A stretch of DNA of 64,000 nucleotides from Macrostomum lignano (Eukaryota): assembly GCA_002269645.1 (NCBI GenBank), contig NIVC01000748.1:128601-192600 (forward strand), written 5' to 3'. This document shows positions 1 to 14,907 of this stretch, one piece after another (the stretch's first letter is position 1; every line of letters starts with the position of its first letter). A program made the translations under genes and the position numbers. A model generated the notes under the pieces. That model did not search any database, was not told the DNA's origin, and saw only the letters and a list, made by a program, of their open reading frames with translations.

Positions 1-510
1 GTCACAGTGCCTGTCTGTCACATTTCCTGTCTGTCACTGCCTGTCTGTCACAGTGCCTGTCTGTCACAGTGCCTGTCTGTCACAGTTCCTGTCTATCACA
101 GTTCCTGTCTATCACAGTGCCTGTCTGTCACAGTGCCTATCTGTCACAGTGCTTATCTGTCACATTGTCTGTCTGTCACAGTGCCTGTCTGTCACATTTC
201 CTGTCTGTCACAGTGCCTGTCTGTCACAGTGCCTGTCTGTCACATTTCCTGTCTGTCACTGCCTGTCTGTCACAGTGCCTGTCTGTCACAGTGCCTGTCT
301 GTCACAGTTCCTGTCTATCACAGTTCCTGTCTATCACAGTGCCTGTCTGTCACAGTGCCTATCTGTCACAGTGCTTATCTGTCACATTGTCTGTCTGTTA
401 CAGTGCCTGTCTGTCACATTGTCTGTCTGTCACAGTGCCTATCTGTCACAGTGCCTGTCTGTCACAGTGCCTGTCTGTCACAGTTCCTGTCTATCACAGT
501 TCCTGTCACA
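1..510. repeat. Minisatellite, ~16-nt unit CACAGTGCCTGTCTGT
   Basis: Head-to-tail units; ends at a cacag acceptor-like site. Confidence 0.95.
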
Positions 511-1915
511 GATCCGAAGCAATATTGGCCACTTTCCCAACAAGCTAGGGTGATCCAGTTTGCACACAAATTGGCGTGAGACCCAAGAGAGGTGACGGCA
601 AACAAAGTGCCGCTAGTTGGCGCAGCAAGGCTGTCGATTCCCACATTTCTGTTCCCACATTTCCAGACGGAGGGACGGGGAGGAGGCCAGGGATTCCTTC
701 GCCACCATCCCACCCCCCTTCGCTTTCCCATGCACTCTCGCTGCAGTCATGTCCGGTCCGGCAGTTGTGCCATCACAGCCGGCCCTGTCTCCCACTTCTG
801 CGTTTCGGTCGCTGAACCGCTTCGCTGGAACTGATGGCACGCGCCCAGAGGCTTTGAGAACAAACAAACACCCCAGAGAGGCTGGCCCCCCCATCATCAT
901 CTCCAGCGCTAAAAGCGTGGTATTTACAACAGTTTCGCATCCTTCTTGAGTCGATCAACACCCCCACTCTAACTGGGACACATTGCTCTGTGCACCCATG
1001 CAGCAGCCTCATAAGTGTTCGATGAAATCAATATCCAGCATTGAGAACGTTTAGTATTAAGAGCATAGTACGGTATTGGCTACGAGAAGTGATAGTTGAG
1101 ACAGACTGAGCCGATGTGGGGTTAAGTAGGCATCAGTGATGAGCTCAATCGAATGCGAGCGTGAATGGGTCTGCCCAATACAGGCCCCTTGTGTAGGCTG
1201 TCGTGTCTTTCAGTGTTTGCTCAGCTCTTAGGGATTCGATCCCCATCAGTCCGGATTCGCAACTCGGTGTCTTTTAGCCTGTCATGGCGCAGAAAAGACG
1301 CACACAACAGCAGAGAGAATTTTACTAAATCTTACCGTCGTTTATGATTTAACTGAAAGGTCGGGGGTTCGATTCTCGATCCCACTCGGACCAATTTGCT
1401 TCAGTTGACCCAGCTGTAGAATGGGTTCCAGGATTAACTGGGGTAATTGAGGGTGTGTGTGGCGACCCCCGCAGTCCTTGGACTGAACAGCCGTACGCAG
1501 CCTTCAGATGCGCCACGCAATAGCTGCGGCTGAGCTGTCGGTTGCACATCTGGCCGAATGGGTGCAGGCGTAATCAATTATTATCATTATTTTATTTTTA
1601 ATATGGATCATTGAGATTATCCATTTAGACTAATCATCTCATTGGGTTCCATTTTTGTAAACTGAGGAGATTATCAAAGCTGCAAAAATACTTAAAATAT
1701 GATTACTTCGCACAGGCCAGAAGCACTCAGCTGCTACCGCTGCTGCCAATTCTGCTGGGGCATCGGGATCCTCAACACTGCCAACTGGTGCTCTGGTTCG
1801 CCAGCCTCTGACGCTGAACATAGACGACGACAACGGGAATAATAGCGGTTCAGCGTCTGTTGACTTCAAAACAGGCGACAATGTCTACTGCAGCAATCCG
1901 TACTTTTGCACCTGA
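510..1915 (+). CDS. Possible 3' exons of an unidentified gene entering from the left edge (candidate exons 510-575, 667-949, 1716-1915)
   Basis: Acceptor cacag|at at 510, donor gtgaga at 576 and acceptor ttccag|a at 667 are phase-compatible (DPKQYWPLSQQARVIQFAHKLA-RRDGEEARDS...). A separate acceptor at 1716 opens a frame ending DNVYCSNPYFCT*. No recognisable domain, and the link to the 1716 exon is unresolved. Confidence 0.3.
1351..1598 (+). mobile_element. CORE-type SINE copy 1 (5' truncated, internal deletion)
   Basis: B box GGTTCGATTC at 1366; CTTCAGTTGACCCAGCTGTAGAATGGG; 3' region shared with copies 2-4; ATT-rich tail. Confidence 0.8.
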
Positions 1916-2705
1916 TTTGGCTCGGCTTTGGTAAGTGTTAAGCCAATGGATTTTTTCATGGCTCTTTCCAACATGAATCAGCATGCTTGATCGTCTAAAA
2001 GTACACGAGAAACAGGCCCATAAACACAGACATGAGGGTGCTATTCGCGGGTGATAATGGGGCAAAGAAAGGGCATTATTGCACTTTTGAAATCAAAGTA
2101 CGATTTCGTTTAAAGCGCTTTGATTCTGGTATCTTTTTGACCATATACTCGAAGTAAATAAGACTTTATTCAAACAAAACGATACTTCATATTCTCCCCC
2201 TACAAACAAGCACGAGTGATGTTAAGAAAAACATATGGCTTTTTTGAGTCTCCAATTATAGTCTATGGCTTATACTGCCGTAGTCTATGGCCATGATTTT
2301 CTTCAAGGGCGGTATATTGTACCATAGACATTTGTGCCCCTGAAATAGCACTACCCCAGTGCAACATTCAGTGTGGGGGTTGCGGCCATAGACTGTTCAA
2401 TTCCCGGGTACATAAGTTACTGAGAAAGGTCTGCCGGTTTTTGAACTTCTGTAGACTCTACAAAAAACCTTACAAACGTATTATAAGCTATATTGATTTT
2501 TCGAATGACTGTCATTAAGGGGGTTATGCTTACACTTTGTTCATTCCCCCATCTCCCAGACCCCAATCAGCTAGCAATTGTGCTGCGGGGTAATATGTCA
2601 TGCCTTCAGGCCCATGACGAGAATACGTCTGTTTAAAAGATAAAATCAATTTTTTTGCTCTTTTTGTAAGGGCACAGAAAAGCCTAATCCTAAATTATTT
2701 TTTTT

Positions 2706-3150
2706 CATTTGATGGGTGTGCCATTTCATTTGATGGGTGTGCCATTTCATCTGATGGATGTGCCATTTCATGTGATTGGTGTGCCATTTCATTTGATGGG
2801 TGTGCCATTTCATTCGATGGGTGTGCCATTTCATTTGATGGGTGTGCCATTTCATTCGATGGGTGTGCCATTTCATCTGATGGGTGTGCCATTTCATCTG
2901 ATGGGTGTGCCATTTCATTTGATGGGTGTGCCATTTCATTCGATGGGTGTGCCATTTCATCTGATGGGTGTGCCATTTCATCTGATGGGTGTGCCATTTC
3001 ATTTGATGGGGGTGCCATTTCATTTGATGGGTGTGCCATTTCATGTGATTGGTGTGCCATTTCATGTGATTGGTGTGCCATTTCATGTGATTGGTGTGCC
3101 ATTTCATGTGATTGGTGTACCTTTTCATCTAATGGGGGTTGCCATTTCAT
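2706..3150. repeat. Minisatellite, 21-nt unit GTGTGCCATTTCATTTGATGG
   Basis: About 20 tandem copies; explains ORFs 2646, 2695 and 2709. Confidence 0.95.
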
Positions 3151-3621
3151 TTGGTCACTTTCAACCTCTCCCTCCCTACCATAGCCTCGCAGGGGATTCA
3201 AGCCAGGTAGCATGAGCGACATCCAGACGCACCGAGGATGATGAGGGAGGCGCTGACTGCCGGGAATCTTTTAAGCATTTTGATTTTCTAGTCGAGATAA
3301 TACTGTGCGTACTAAAGCTGGGGAATCTGAGCCTCTTTGCTGGCCAGTCCATATAAAGAAAGGTATCGCTTTAACGCTCGGATTTCCTTGGGAGAGGGAG
3401 AGCTTTGATGGATGAAGGAATATGAGCATGAGCTCAGCGCGGCTCGGCCAGGGAGCAGGATGCTGTGGCTACCCGCGGATCAGTTTGAGTCGGATTATCG
3501 AGTCCGCGGATTGAGACTTTTGAGTCGCAACCTTGCCCGCGTGCATACATACATTTTTCCTCTCTTTTTTTCTCGTGAAATCTGTGCAAAATGCAAAACT
3601 GAAATGCGACGGAATTCAATG

Positions 3622-4765
3622 CTCTCTCCCTCAGACCCTCTCTCCCTCAGACCCTCTCTCCCTCAGACCCCTCTCTCCCTCAGACCCCTCTCTCCCTCAG
3701 ACCCTCTCTCCCTCAGACCCTCTCTCCCTCAGACCCTCTCTCCCTCAGACCCTCTCTCCCTCAAATCCTCTCTCCCTCAGACCCCTCTCTCCCTCAGACC
3801 CTCTCTCCCTCAGACCCTCTCTCCCTCAGACCCCTCTCTCCCTCAGACCCCTCTCTCCCTCAGACCCTCTCTCCCTCAGACCCTCTCTCCCTCAGACCCT
3901 CTCTCCCTCAGACCCTCTCTCCCTCAGACCCTCTCTCCTCCAGACCCTCTCTCCTCCAGACCCTCTCTCCCTCAGACCCTCTCTCCTCCAGACCCTCTCT
4001 CCCTCAGACCCTCTCTCCTGAGACTCTCTCTCCCTCAGACCCTCTCTCCCTCAGACTCTCTCTCCTCCAGACCCTCTTTCCCTCAGACCCTCTCTCCCTC
4101 AGACCCTCTCTCCTCCAGACCCTCTCTCCCTCAGACCCTCTCTACTCCAGACCCTCTCTCCCTCAGACCCTCTCTCCTCCAGACCCTCTCTCCCTCAGAC
4201 CCTCTCTCCCTCAGACCCTCTCTCCTCCAGACCCTCTCTCCTCCAGACCCTCTCTCCTCCAGACCCTCTCTCCTGAGACCCTCTCTCCCTCAGACCCTCT
4301 CTCCTCAGACCCTCTCTCCTGAGACCCTCTCTCCTCAGACCCTCTCTCCCTCAGACTCTCTCTCCCTCAGACCCTCTCTCCCTCAGACCCTCTCTCCCTC
4401 AGACCCTCTCTCCCTCAGACCTCTCTCCCTCAGACCCTCTCTCCCTCAGACCCTCTCTCCCTCAGACCCTCTCTCCCTCAGACCCTCTCTCCCTCAGACC
4501 CTCTCTCCCTCAGACCCTCTCTCCCTCAGACCCTCTCTCCTGAGACTCTCTCTCCCTCAGACCCTCTCTCCCTCAGACCCTCTCTCCCTCAGACCCTCTT
4601 TCCCTCAGACCCTCTTTCCCTCAGACCCTCTCTCTCTCAGACCCTCTCTCCTGAGACTCTCTCTCCCTCAGACCCTCTCTCCCTCAGACCCTCTCTCCCT
4701 CATCCGCTCTCTCCCTCAACCCCCTCTCTTCCTGAAACCCCTCTATCTCAACTCCCCTCAACTCA
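3622..4765. repeat. Pyrimidine-rich minisatellite, ~17-nt unit CCCTCAGACCCTCTCTC
   Basis: Direct tandem repetition. Confidence 0.95.
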
Positions 4766-5274
4766 ACCAGGGAGAATCTCAACGGGACAGATTTCCTAAA
4801 GCCCATGGTTACACGGTTCGTTGAACATTATTTTAATAACTGTGAGTAACTAGGCTATCAGTTAGTGTTAGCCATTTTTATAGGCCCGGCTATCTCGATA
4901 ACTCCGAGCTGGCTGATAAAATATTAGACTTGCACTGGCTTGGGAGTGACTGGGTGGTACAGAGGAGAGACTGGGAGAGAGTTATTGGAGCGAGAATTTG
5001 CGGGGTCACAGCCTCCAGACAGGAAATGATGGGTTAGTGGTACCGGGTCGTTAATCTATAAAAAACTGTTTTAGAACAGAAATTCCGCCGCCCACTGAGT
5101 GTAATCTCCGCTCCGCAGACAGCCGCCTACGAAGTGATGCGTATTTGATTAGACTGAGGATATCCTTGTGTGCGGTGATGCCGCAGAGTTACCTAAATAG
5201 CTCGCTAAAGATTTACGAGCTGGTCCATGAAATCATAACTTGTTTAATGCTTTGTCTATAAAGTTATTTAGTTC

Positions 5275-6514
<1,240 letters not shown>

Positions 6515-7194
6515 CGCAAACAGTTCAGCAGCAGCAGCCATCTGAGGCGCTGGTCAATTAGTTAAGGCATCAATTAAAAGCCCCTCAGGCCATGTTTAAG
6601 GGTGCTTCAAACAAGACGTGCGACCCTAGCGCACATTTCTGTTATTTATGCCTGCTTTCAGTAGTCACGGAGTCACCCCAGATAGCCTACAGAGCTTTTC
6701 CGATTCAGAAGACCTCTCCCTCTCTCTAGCAGCACTCCTTTGCACCGCCTGCCTCATTTGCAGTTGGTGTCTGCGCAGGATTCTGGCAAACTGCACTGCA
6801 CGGCTCCCTGACCCTGACCATCCGCAAAAGAGATCGAACTGATTGACATCAGCCAGCTGACGCAAGTCTCTTTTATCCTGACCCGTTAATTTTTTTCTTC
6901 ACATTTTCAGCAAATTTGTTTTAAAATAAACTTAACTTGTGTTATGCATATTCATATTGAATATTATATTTTAGATTATAAAGCTTTTTACATTAACATT
7001 CATAATGCATATTGTGTTTCCAGTGTAAATTTCTATTGTTTACATTTGTTTCATAGCTCGTGATTAGTTAGTTAGTTTTATACATTAAACACTTTCTCGA
7101 GTGCGTATTTTCGAGATATTCGAAAGTTTGTATCGCCCAATGCGCATATACTGATGCTGAAATAGAGACATATTTGACACTGGTGAGGGACCTT

Positions 7195-7995
7195 AGTGAC
7201 ACCTGATTGAGGAATCTCGGACACAGCTGATTTAGAAATCCTAGACATCTGGAAGGGATTCTCGGACACCTGCTTGAGGGGGTCCTTGACACGTGATTGG
7301 AAAATCACCTGATTAGGGAATCTCGGACACTGGATAGGGTTCTTGGACACCTGCTGGAAGGAATCTCGGACACCTGATTGTGGAATCTCAAAAACCCGAT
7401 TTGGGAATCTCGGCCATCCGGTTGGGGAATTTCGGACACTTGAATTAGGAATATCGAGTATCTGATTGGGGAATCTCGGACACTTGATTTAGGAATCTCG
7501 GACATCTGATTGGGGAATCTTGGATATCTGATTTGGAAATCTCGGACACGATTTAGGTATCTCGGACATCTGATTGGGGAATCTTGGATATCTGATTTGG
7601 AAATCTCGGACACGATTTAGGTATCTCGGACATCTGATTGGGGAATCTTGGATATCTGATTTGGAAATCTCGGACACAATTTAGGAATCTCGGACACAAT
7701 TTAGGAATCTCGGACATCTGATTGGGGAATCTTGGATATCTGATTTGGAAATCTCGGACACGATTTAGGTATCTCGGACATCTGATTGGGGAATCTTGGA
7801 CATCTGATTGGGGAATCTTGGACACCAAATAGAAATTCTTGGACACCTAGAGTGAATCTCGGACGCCTGCCGACGGAATCTCAAAAACCTGACAGGTTTA
7901 GTAATCTTAGACGCCCTTGGGATTCTCGGACACCTGCATTGGGAATCTTGGACGCATGATTTATAGGAATCTAAGACACCTGGAAGGGATTCTGG
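7195..7995. repeat. Degenerate ~20-22-nt minisatellite (GGAATCTCGGACACCTGATTGG-like) with a homogenised centre
   Basis: Variant units; a ~64-nt higher-order block is repeated around 7490-7800. Confidence 0.9.
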
Positions 7996-10900
7996 GCAAC
8001 AGTAAGTCACGTGACTGAACATTCAAATCAACAATATTCACCTTAATTTTCATCGAACAACGTTACTACTTTCTTATATAGTGAAGAGATGCTTCTGTAT
8101 TATTTTCTCAGACCGTGTGGTTCACTCGGAACATTTTGCGGTCATTCATCGCTTGTACATGGTGGCGCAGTGCATTTATTAAATATAACTAGTCGCTTTT
8201 TTCATTGCAAAAAATCCCTTAAGAAATAATCTAGTACTAAAACCCTCTAATTTTGTTACAAAGTGATTACAGACTTTTCCCATTTTAGTTAAAATAAATC
8301 AGAGATACACTATAAATATTCCGCTCTTTGTACGAACGTAGTTCGTGAAAAAAGCTCTTAATTTATTGTTTTAAAAATAATTCCACCAATATATGTTTTA
8401 CTTATATACATGTATGTTTTGAACTTCAAATACAATGCTCGTCTTGCTACTTGTAGTAGCGAAACTTGTTCATTCACATATTCTTGCTACATTGAATGCT
8501 TCATTTATCAATCTAAAAATGCAATGCAGCGAAAAGTACACAACTAACCATTATTTCGCACCTTAGTACTGCGAGTACTTCTGTGTATGGATGCTTGATG
8601 CGTGCTATATCTCTCTAGCCACAATAAATCTCCTGGTACTTTGAGTAGTCACATTAATTTGGGGCTACTGCATAAAATTTTGGACGAGAAGTTGTTGTGC
8701 GATTCACACCCTTGAAGGCCAACCCCCAAAGCACAGTGTACATGACATGTTTTGACTATTAGACGTCAGTGCCGCTGGTACACCCTGTGGTTCTTGTATC
8801 CGCGCTTGTAACATGTATATGCTCAGCAAGTCACGTGAACCATGCAATTGTCTCTGAAAATATATAGTTTCGATCCAATTAATTGCAAATTTCGCAAGTA
8901 CTGTATTGTATAAGCGTGTATACGGTGCACATATATGTATAAAAATTGAAATAAAGAAAGATAGAATACGAATGAGATTTTGTCATGGACAAACTCTCAC
9001 TAGAGTAATAACACCTATATGTCAAATAAGAAATACACAAAGATACGAATAACTGAATTTTAGTCATAGCCAATTGCCTTTCTCTCTGGTAGTAGTACGG
9101 CAATTTTTGACAGCCATCAGCTGACAAAGATTTTCTCAAAGATTTTGAATTTAAATTGGAGACGATTGGCCTATTAGAACTACGAAGGACGGAACGAGTG
9201 TCCTGTTTTTAAACAAAATACAAGGTAAGCCCAATGGCAGCAGATTTAGACCGGTCTTATAAGAGCAGTACGTGTAATCTTGGAAAGTGAAGGTTCGAAA
9301 ATTAGAATTTAGAAAACAGACGGAACCAAAAAATAATGGAAGGCAATTGAGAATAAGAAAAAGACAGCCAAAAAGCAATGTAGACAAGAACAAAAAAAGC
9401 ACCCCAGAAAATCGAGAAAAGCAGTAGAAAAAAGACCCAACAGCTCTGATATAGTGTGTATAGTTTGTGTGTGTATAGTTTTGTCAGCAAGACGGCCCCT
9501 CCTCGTGGCTATACATGTAAGTGTGCTTAAATTGATTGTCAACTTACCACCCCTGATCACCACCTAGATCTAAATACCAAGATCAAACTAAAGCAGGAGA
9601 GGAAACATACACAATGCACTTTGAAGCATACAAAGGTCATTGTCTATTCGTAGTCAATTGACGACGACGTGTTTCAATCGCATGTTATTCTGTACTTTCA
9701 ACCCATGCAGTGTTGAGTGACAATTATAAATATGGCTGCATTATGTGTCCCTTATTTTGGGCATGTGCAGGATATGCACTGAGGCTGTCAATTTAACATA
9801 TAGTGATTGCATGCACAGTGTATATAGCAACATGCTCTCTGGTCTCCGGGCTTTATCTGAAAAGCATACTTACGGTATAGTATCAGCTATATATAGGCTT
9901 TTTGCATCCATGTATAATTGACCTAAAATGATCCTGTTGACCATACATTTTTTAGTTTTAAATTGTAACTTTTTGCACAAAAACCATGCTGTGGCAAAGT
10001 GTACACGCACGTAACATTTTTTACTCATGGCGTTAATTTTAAATTTGCGCTTCAGAAGTTACTGTTAACAAAAAAACAAAAATGAATTTTAGCAAAAGTA
10101 TATGAATTTTTAGAAACAAATTAGTAACTTAGAGTTACATTTCGATTATTATTTTTATATGAAGAGAACTCTAAAAGAGAATAATTTAGGTTTTGGACGA
10201 CGGGGACGGATGGATGATGTCCTTCCTTCCATTCTTCATTCCACGGAACAATTGTGAACACTGAATAATGCATAACTGTATGAAGACGGATAAAGTAATA
10301 TTGAATAGCTTTGAACCTGCGAACTGCACGCTTAGTCGGATGGGACGGGCGGATGACACCACGTTAGAAGGCCTGGTTAGGCTAACTACCACCATCCATG
10401 GCATAGGCCTAATTTATCGTTACAACTTTCTAGTTAGTCAAGAACGAAGCATTATATATAGGCCCGTAAATTTTCACTCAGATTATTTATGATATTAATA
10501 ATATTATACAATTTATTGTATTTGAATATTACATAGGCCTACTATATTTATTAGGCCTATGTAATGTATGCCTTGCAGTTGCAGGTGTCTGTCCCTGTCT
10601 TGCCTTTTTAGGCCTATTCAAGTCTCAATATATTTTATTGAGGTGATGTGATGTATAGCCAATAGGTGAAACCATAAATGATGAATCCATGAGCCATGAG
10701 CACTATAAATCTGAAAATCTAGATTTTAAAAATTAAAAAAATTAATTTTTTCTTTGTTTAACCAGATAGATTATAACTAAGGGCCTACAGGAGTATTTTG
10801 ACACTGCACTTTTGAAATCTAGTCCAATAAAATAAAAATGGTATGGCATTTTTAGTAAAAAAAATGGGCTAGGCCTAGGCATATCCTTGTAGTATAAAAT

Positions 10901-11251
10901 TTCCAATCTCCACTGTGATCTGGAAGGACAAAAATCAGTCATTTTTTGCAGTTAAGTAAGCATAACTTTAAGAAGTGCCAAACATAGATATCAAGCTGTA
11001 ATGCATAGGGGGTGTATCTTTAAATGAAAAGTTGGAAAAGGTGGTCTGAGATAGCCTAAGTCAATATTTTTTTGCATAGGCCTAGTTTTCTACATTAAAA
11101 ACAGTTTAACAAAACTGATGATGCACTAATGATGCTACCTTGTCTTTTAGTAAAAACTTCTATTGAAATTTTCTTTCATTAATTACAAAAATATTAAATT
11201 TGAAAAAAAATTTTGGCTCTTAAAGTTAACTCCTATTATATATATAATATA

Positions 11252-11699
11252 TGGCAGTTGTTATTTGTCCGGTGACCGGACGAATAGCCTTTTTGCTATT
11301 TGTCCGGTTAAATTGCTAACACAAGTATCTTATTTGTTTCGTGATGAATATTCTAGATTTTTAAGACCTATTCTCGTATACTGATTAATATTTTCTTGTG
11401 TATACTAGAGTGTTAAGCAAAGCAGTATATTATTCAATTCAGCATAATTTGGTAGTAGAAGACACACACTAGTATAACAATATAATAATCAAGATACGAG
11501 TAAGAAGTCTTTGAATATATTTACCCTTGTGGTTTTTATGAACTAAATATTTTAGCATTATCAATCTAACCAGACAAATAACAAAATGTCTATTTGTCCG
11601 GTATTAACCGGATGAATAGGAAAGCATGGTCAGGATCCAGTAACCGGACAAATAACCACATCGCTATTCGTCCGGTCACTGGACAAATAACAACTGCCA
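11252..11699. mobile_element. 448-bp MITE with TA target duplication
   Basis: 37-bp TIRs TGGCAGTTGTTATTTGTCCGGTGACCGGACGAATAGC (1 mismatch), TA at 11250-11251 and 11700-11701, subterminal copies of TATTTGTCCGG; no ORF. Confidence 0.85.
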
Positions 11700-12251
11700 T
11701 AATATATATATCACTTTAAGTTGAAATTTTGTTCAATGGTTCATCTTGTCATTGTCATTGTCACAAATTAAGTTTAAGATGAAGGTGGTTTTTTTTCAAG
11801 ATCACAAATTTGAATTTGGCACAAAATTTCACCATCCTTTTGGTTATCATTCATCTAGTTATACCCAACAAATCATGCTATTGGTCTCATTTTAAAGCAG
11901 GGATAATTTCCTTTCTATTATATATTTAATTTTTTGCAGCTCTTCTGAATAGTATGTTTATGGCCTTAAAATAAGCATTTTCCCCATTTTTCTCTATTTA
12001 CATGCTTGAGTCAGTGGAGAGGCCTAGTGCTTATTAGTTATTAGTATTGTAAAATACTGGTCAAACACTTAGACAGATCTTAGAGATTTAGTATATTGTG
12101 ATAAAGTAGGCCTAATTTGTGTAATACTATACCAATTATTATACCATTGTCCTTCCTCATATTAGACCAGATCCCGTAGTCCCATAGGAGGTCAGAGAGA
12201 ATATATTGGGTTGCTTTCATAGGCCTAAACAAACCCTAAATTTCACAATGT

Positions 12252-14907
12252 CCCTATTGCAGCGAATAGGGGTATGCGCGGATGGTGTCTTGTGCGCATG
12301 TGAAATTTTTGGAAATCTATTGGCGCACTTGCGCGCCAATAGATTTTCCTGCGCGCACACCTATAGATTGTGTGCGCATCACAGGTGTTGTCTATGTTGC
12401 AAAATGCAGCTTTGCGCACTGCAGACGCAGTGGGAATGCATTATAAATGTATGAAATAGACCTGCGTGCACTGCGCAGTGGTAGCACATGATGATGATAA
12501 ATGCACGAAACAGATCTGCGCCGCGCCACTTCAGTGTTGGTGCATGATAGATGCACAAGATAGAGCTGCATTAGAGCAGATAGAGCCGCAGTTTGCTGGC
12601 TGAAGTTTGCTGGCCGAAGTTTGCTAGCCGCAGTTTGCTGGCTGAAGTTTGCTGGCCGAAGTTTGCTAGCCAAAGTTTGCTGGCTGAACCGAAGTTTGCT
12701 GGCCAAAGATTGCTGGCTAAACCGAAGTTTGCTAGCCGAAGTTTGCTAGTCGAAGTTTTCTGGCCAAATGGCCCAAACTCACAAAGTTGTAATTTACTAA
12801 TGACAATTTTGCTTGTACAATTTCGCGAAAAACTTAAGTGTACTTATATATCAAGAGTCGGGACTATTAGATTTGCGCTTAATCGCTCTATTGACTAATG
12901 ACTATCCATTTGTTGTGTTGATTAGCAATGATGCAAATCTCTCAATATTTAACTATAAAAATGAAGGGGCCCTTCAAATTGATCTTAGCTTCTATCTCCG
13001 CAGTGTAAAAGTTCCGACGTACGATCAAACTTACGCTACGATAGCTCTATAGTAACGGCCCCAAAAACTCTAGGCGTCTGTGGACAAATTTCTTTGCTAT
13101 GGCCTATGGACGTATAGATTCCCAAATTGCAAACCGCTCAACCAAATTACAAACTTTATTTAAAGTGGCTCAAATATTAAATCAAAGCGATGCTTTCAAT
13201 AGGCACTCCGTTTTATGATTTAATTGTTCAACCATTTAGGTGTCTCCTTGGCCAATGTACAGTGTAGGATGTACATTCACAATAAAGCCTAGGAGTTATA
13301 TGACCCTACGCATGGCAAGCTCACAATTTGTGGTGTTGATTGAATTTTATCATTTGCCAACTAGTCGGATAGACAATTGATAAAGAAAGGGAGGTTATAA
13401 AGCTGGCTTGAAATGCAATGACTGCGAAACAAGCCTTTTTTCATCAACCCCAGGACGACACTGCGCACTTTTAAATTTTAGTCTGAGGCGGAAGGCCTTT
13501 TAATTTCAATAGATGTTGTGGCAGCGAAGATTTTGTGCTGCTTTGCGCGTATATTAATATTATTTACAAACAGCGCCAGATAGAGGGAGGGGCCTTGGGA
13601 GGTACGCACAGGTGGCGTGGCGTAATTGGCTACACCAACCCCCCCCCCCCTGGCTTAGCGAGCTGGCTAGCGCGGTGTACCACCACCCCACCTCAGCTAG
13701 ACAGAGGTTGGCAGGGGGGGGGGGTTTCCAGTTCGGCTGCTCTAGTGCTGCCGGTCGCATAGTCTGGCCGCCACAAGTCTACTTTTTGTCAGAGAGACAA
13801 ATTAAGCACCCCAACCTCTGCCTCTCTCCTTCCCTTATGTGACCAGATATGTAAAAGGGGTTTTAGAATTGGCAAACTTTTGGCTGCCATAAGTTTGATC
13901 CATGTAAAGCAATTGACTTCAAACTTGAAGTTGAAACACGTCTTCATTGACTCACTCTTCTGTTTAAATATAAAGTCTCAACTTTGTAATTTAACTCAAT
14001 CAGGACAGAATCTTCTGTAGTCTCTAAACATGTGAAGTTTGACTGCTTTTTCTGATGCTTGTGGCCCTCATCCAACTCATTCCCCCAGACAAAGGGTCAT
14101 GCGATAGGGCTCAGTGTACATTATAGTTATTTCCTTCTCTGCACATCCGTGGAGAGGCTAGAGTACTATACTATGTTAGCCATGACAGTTCTAGTATCTG
14201 ATTGAAACTTGAGAGTATTTTCTGTCACCACAATGATAAACTGACTTTCCAACCACTTAAATTGGTGCTGGTGCTGTTAGTTATAAAATATTTGAGATTT
14301 TTACCCACTTCTCCGGATTTTAGCCAAATTTTAGCCAAAACCATGCATTACCATTGCCTGAAAACAAGGGGGTCGTACTATAAAGCTGTTGTAGCGCAAG
14401 TTTGATTGTACGTCCGAACTTTTACACTGCGGAAATAGGAGCTAAGATCGATCTTATCTTACGATGGCTTTATAGAATGGGCCCAAGCAATCTTTTGACA
14501 CCGGCTGCAAAAAGTTTGGTCAGCAAATTCCTGCTAGCAGATTTCGGCTAGCAAACTTCAGCTAGCAAACTTTGGCTAGCAGGTTTTGGCCAGCAAACTT
14601 TGGCTAACAAACTTCAGCTAACAGGTTTCAACAAAATTCAAGTCAGCAATCGGCAAAGGAAGCAGGAGCAGGAGGCCCAGCAGCGGCTGAAAAGCAAGAC
14701 TCAACATGTTTGATTTAAGTGTAGTGAATGTAAACTCAATAAAAACTTGATTTGATATTTCTTTATATACATGCAGGACAAGCAAAAAAGTGAGAAAATT
14801 CTTTTCTTCTGTGCAATATGCAGCTGCACACCCTTGATAAAATTTAGCTTGCGCGGCTGTGCGCCTGGCAGGGCGTCCACGCGTTTTTTAGATTTGCTGC
14901 AATAGGG
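12252..14907. mobile_element. 2.66-kb non-autonomous DNA transposon with an 8-bp TSD
   Basis: TIR CCCTATTGCAGC(G/A)AAT at both ends; CACAATGT duplicated at 12244-12251 and 14908-14915; internal inverted arrays of GTTTGCTGGCCGAA-like units (~12586-12770 and ~14520-14640). Confidence 0.75.

Noticed and set aside
1130-1170. Hammerhead- or C/D-box-like motif GTGATGA-GCTC...GAGC-GTGAA
   Set aside because: A stem is present but both core boxes deviate (GUGAUGA, GUGAA) and no suitably placed box D or cleavage triplet was seen.
2646-3222. His/Met/Trp-rich repetitive ORFs
   Set aside because: The 21-nt unit is a multiple of 3, so frames stay open on both strands; no start context or splice support.
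3412-4824. 470 aa Pro/Ser/Leu-rich ORF
   Set aside because: Mostly the 17-nt pyrimidine minisatellite, which has no stops in several frames; the unique N-terminus has no recognisable motif.
8005-8016. Perfect palindrome AGTCACGTGACT (E-box/CLEAR-like)
   Set aside because: No adjacent gene start identified; a single short motif is not enough.
9100-10260. Possible isolated exons (donor CAAG|GTAAGC near 9225; VLDDGDGW...IPRNNCE near 10190)
   Set aside because: Could not be joined into a consistent frame; the resemblance to SH3 fragments is too weak.
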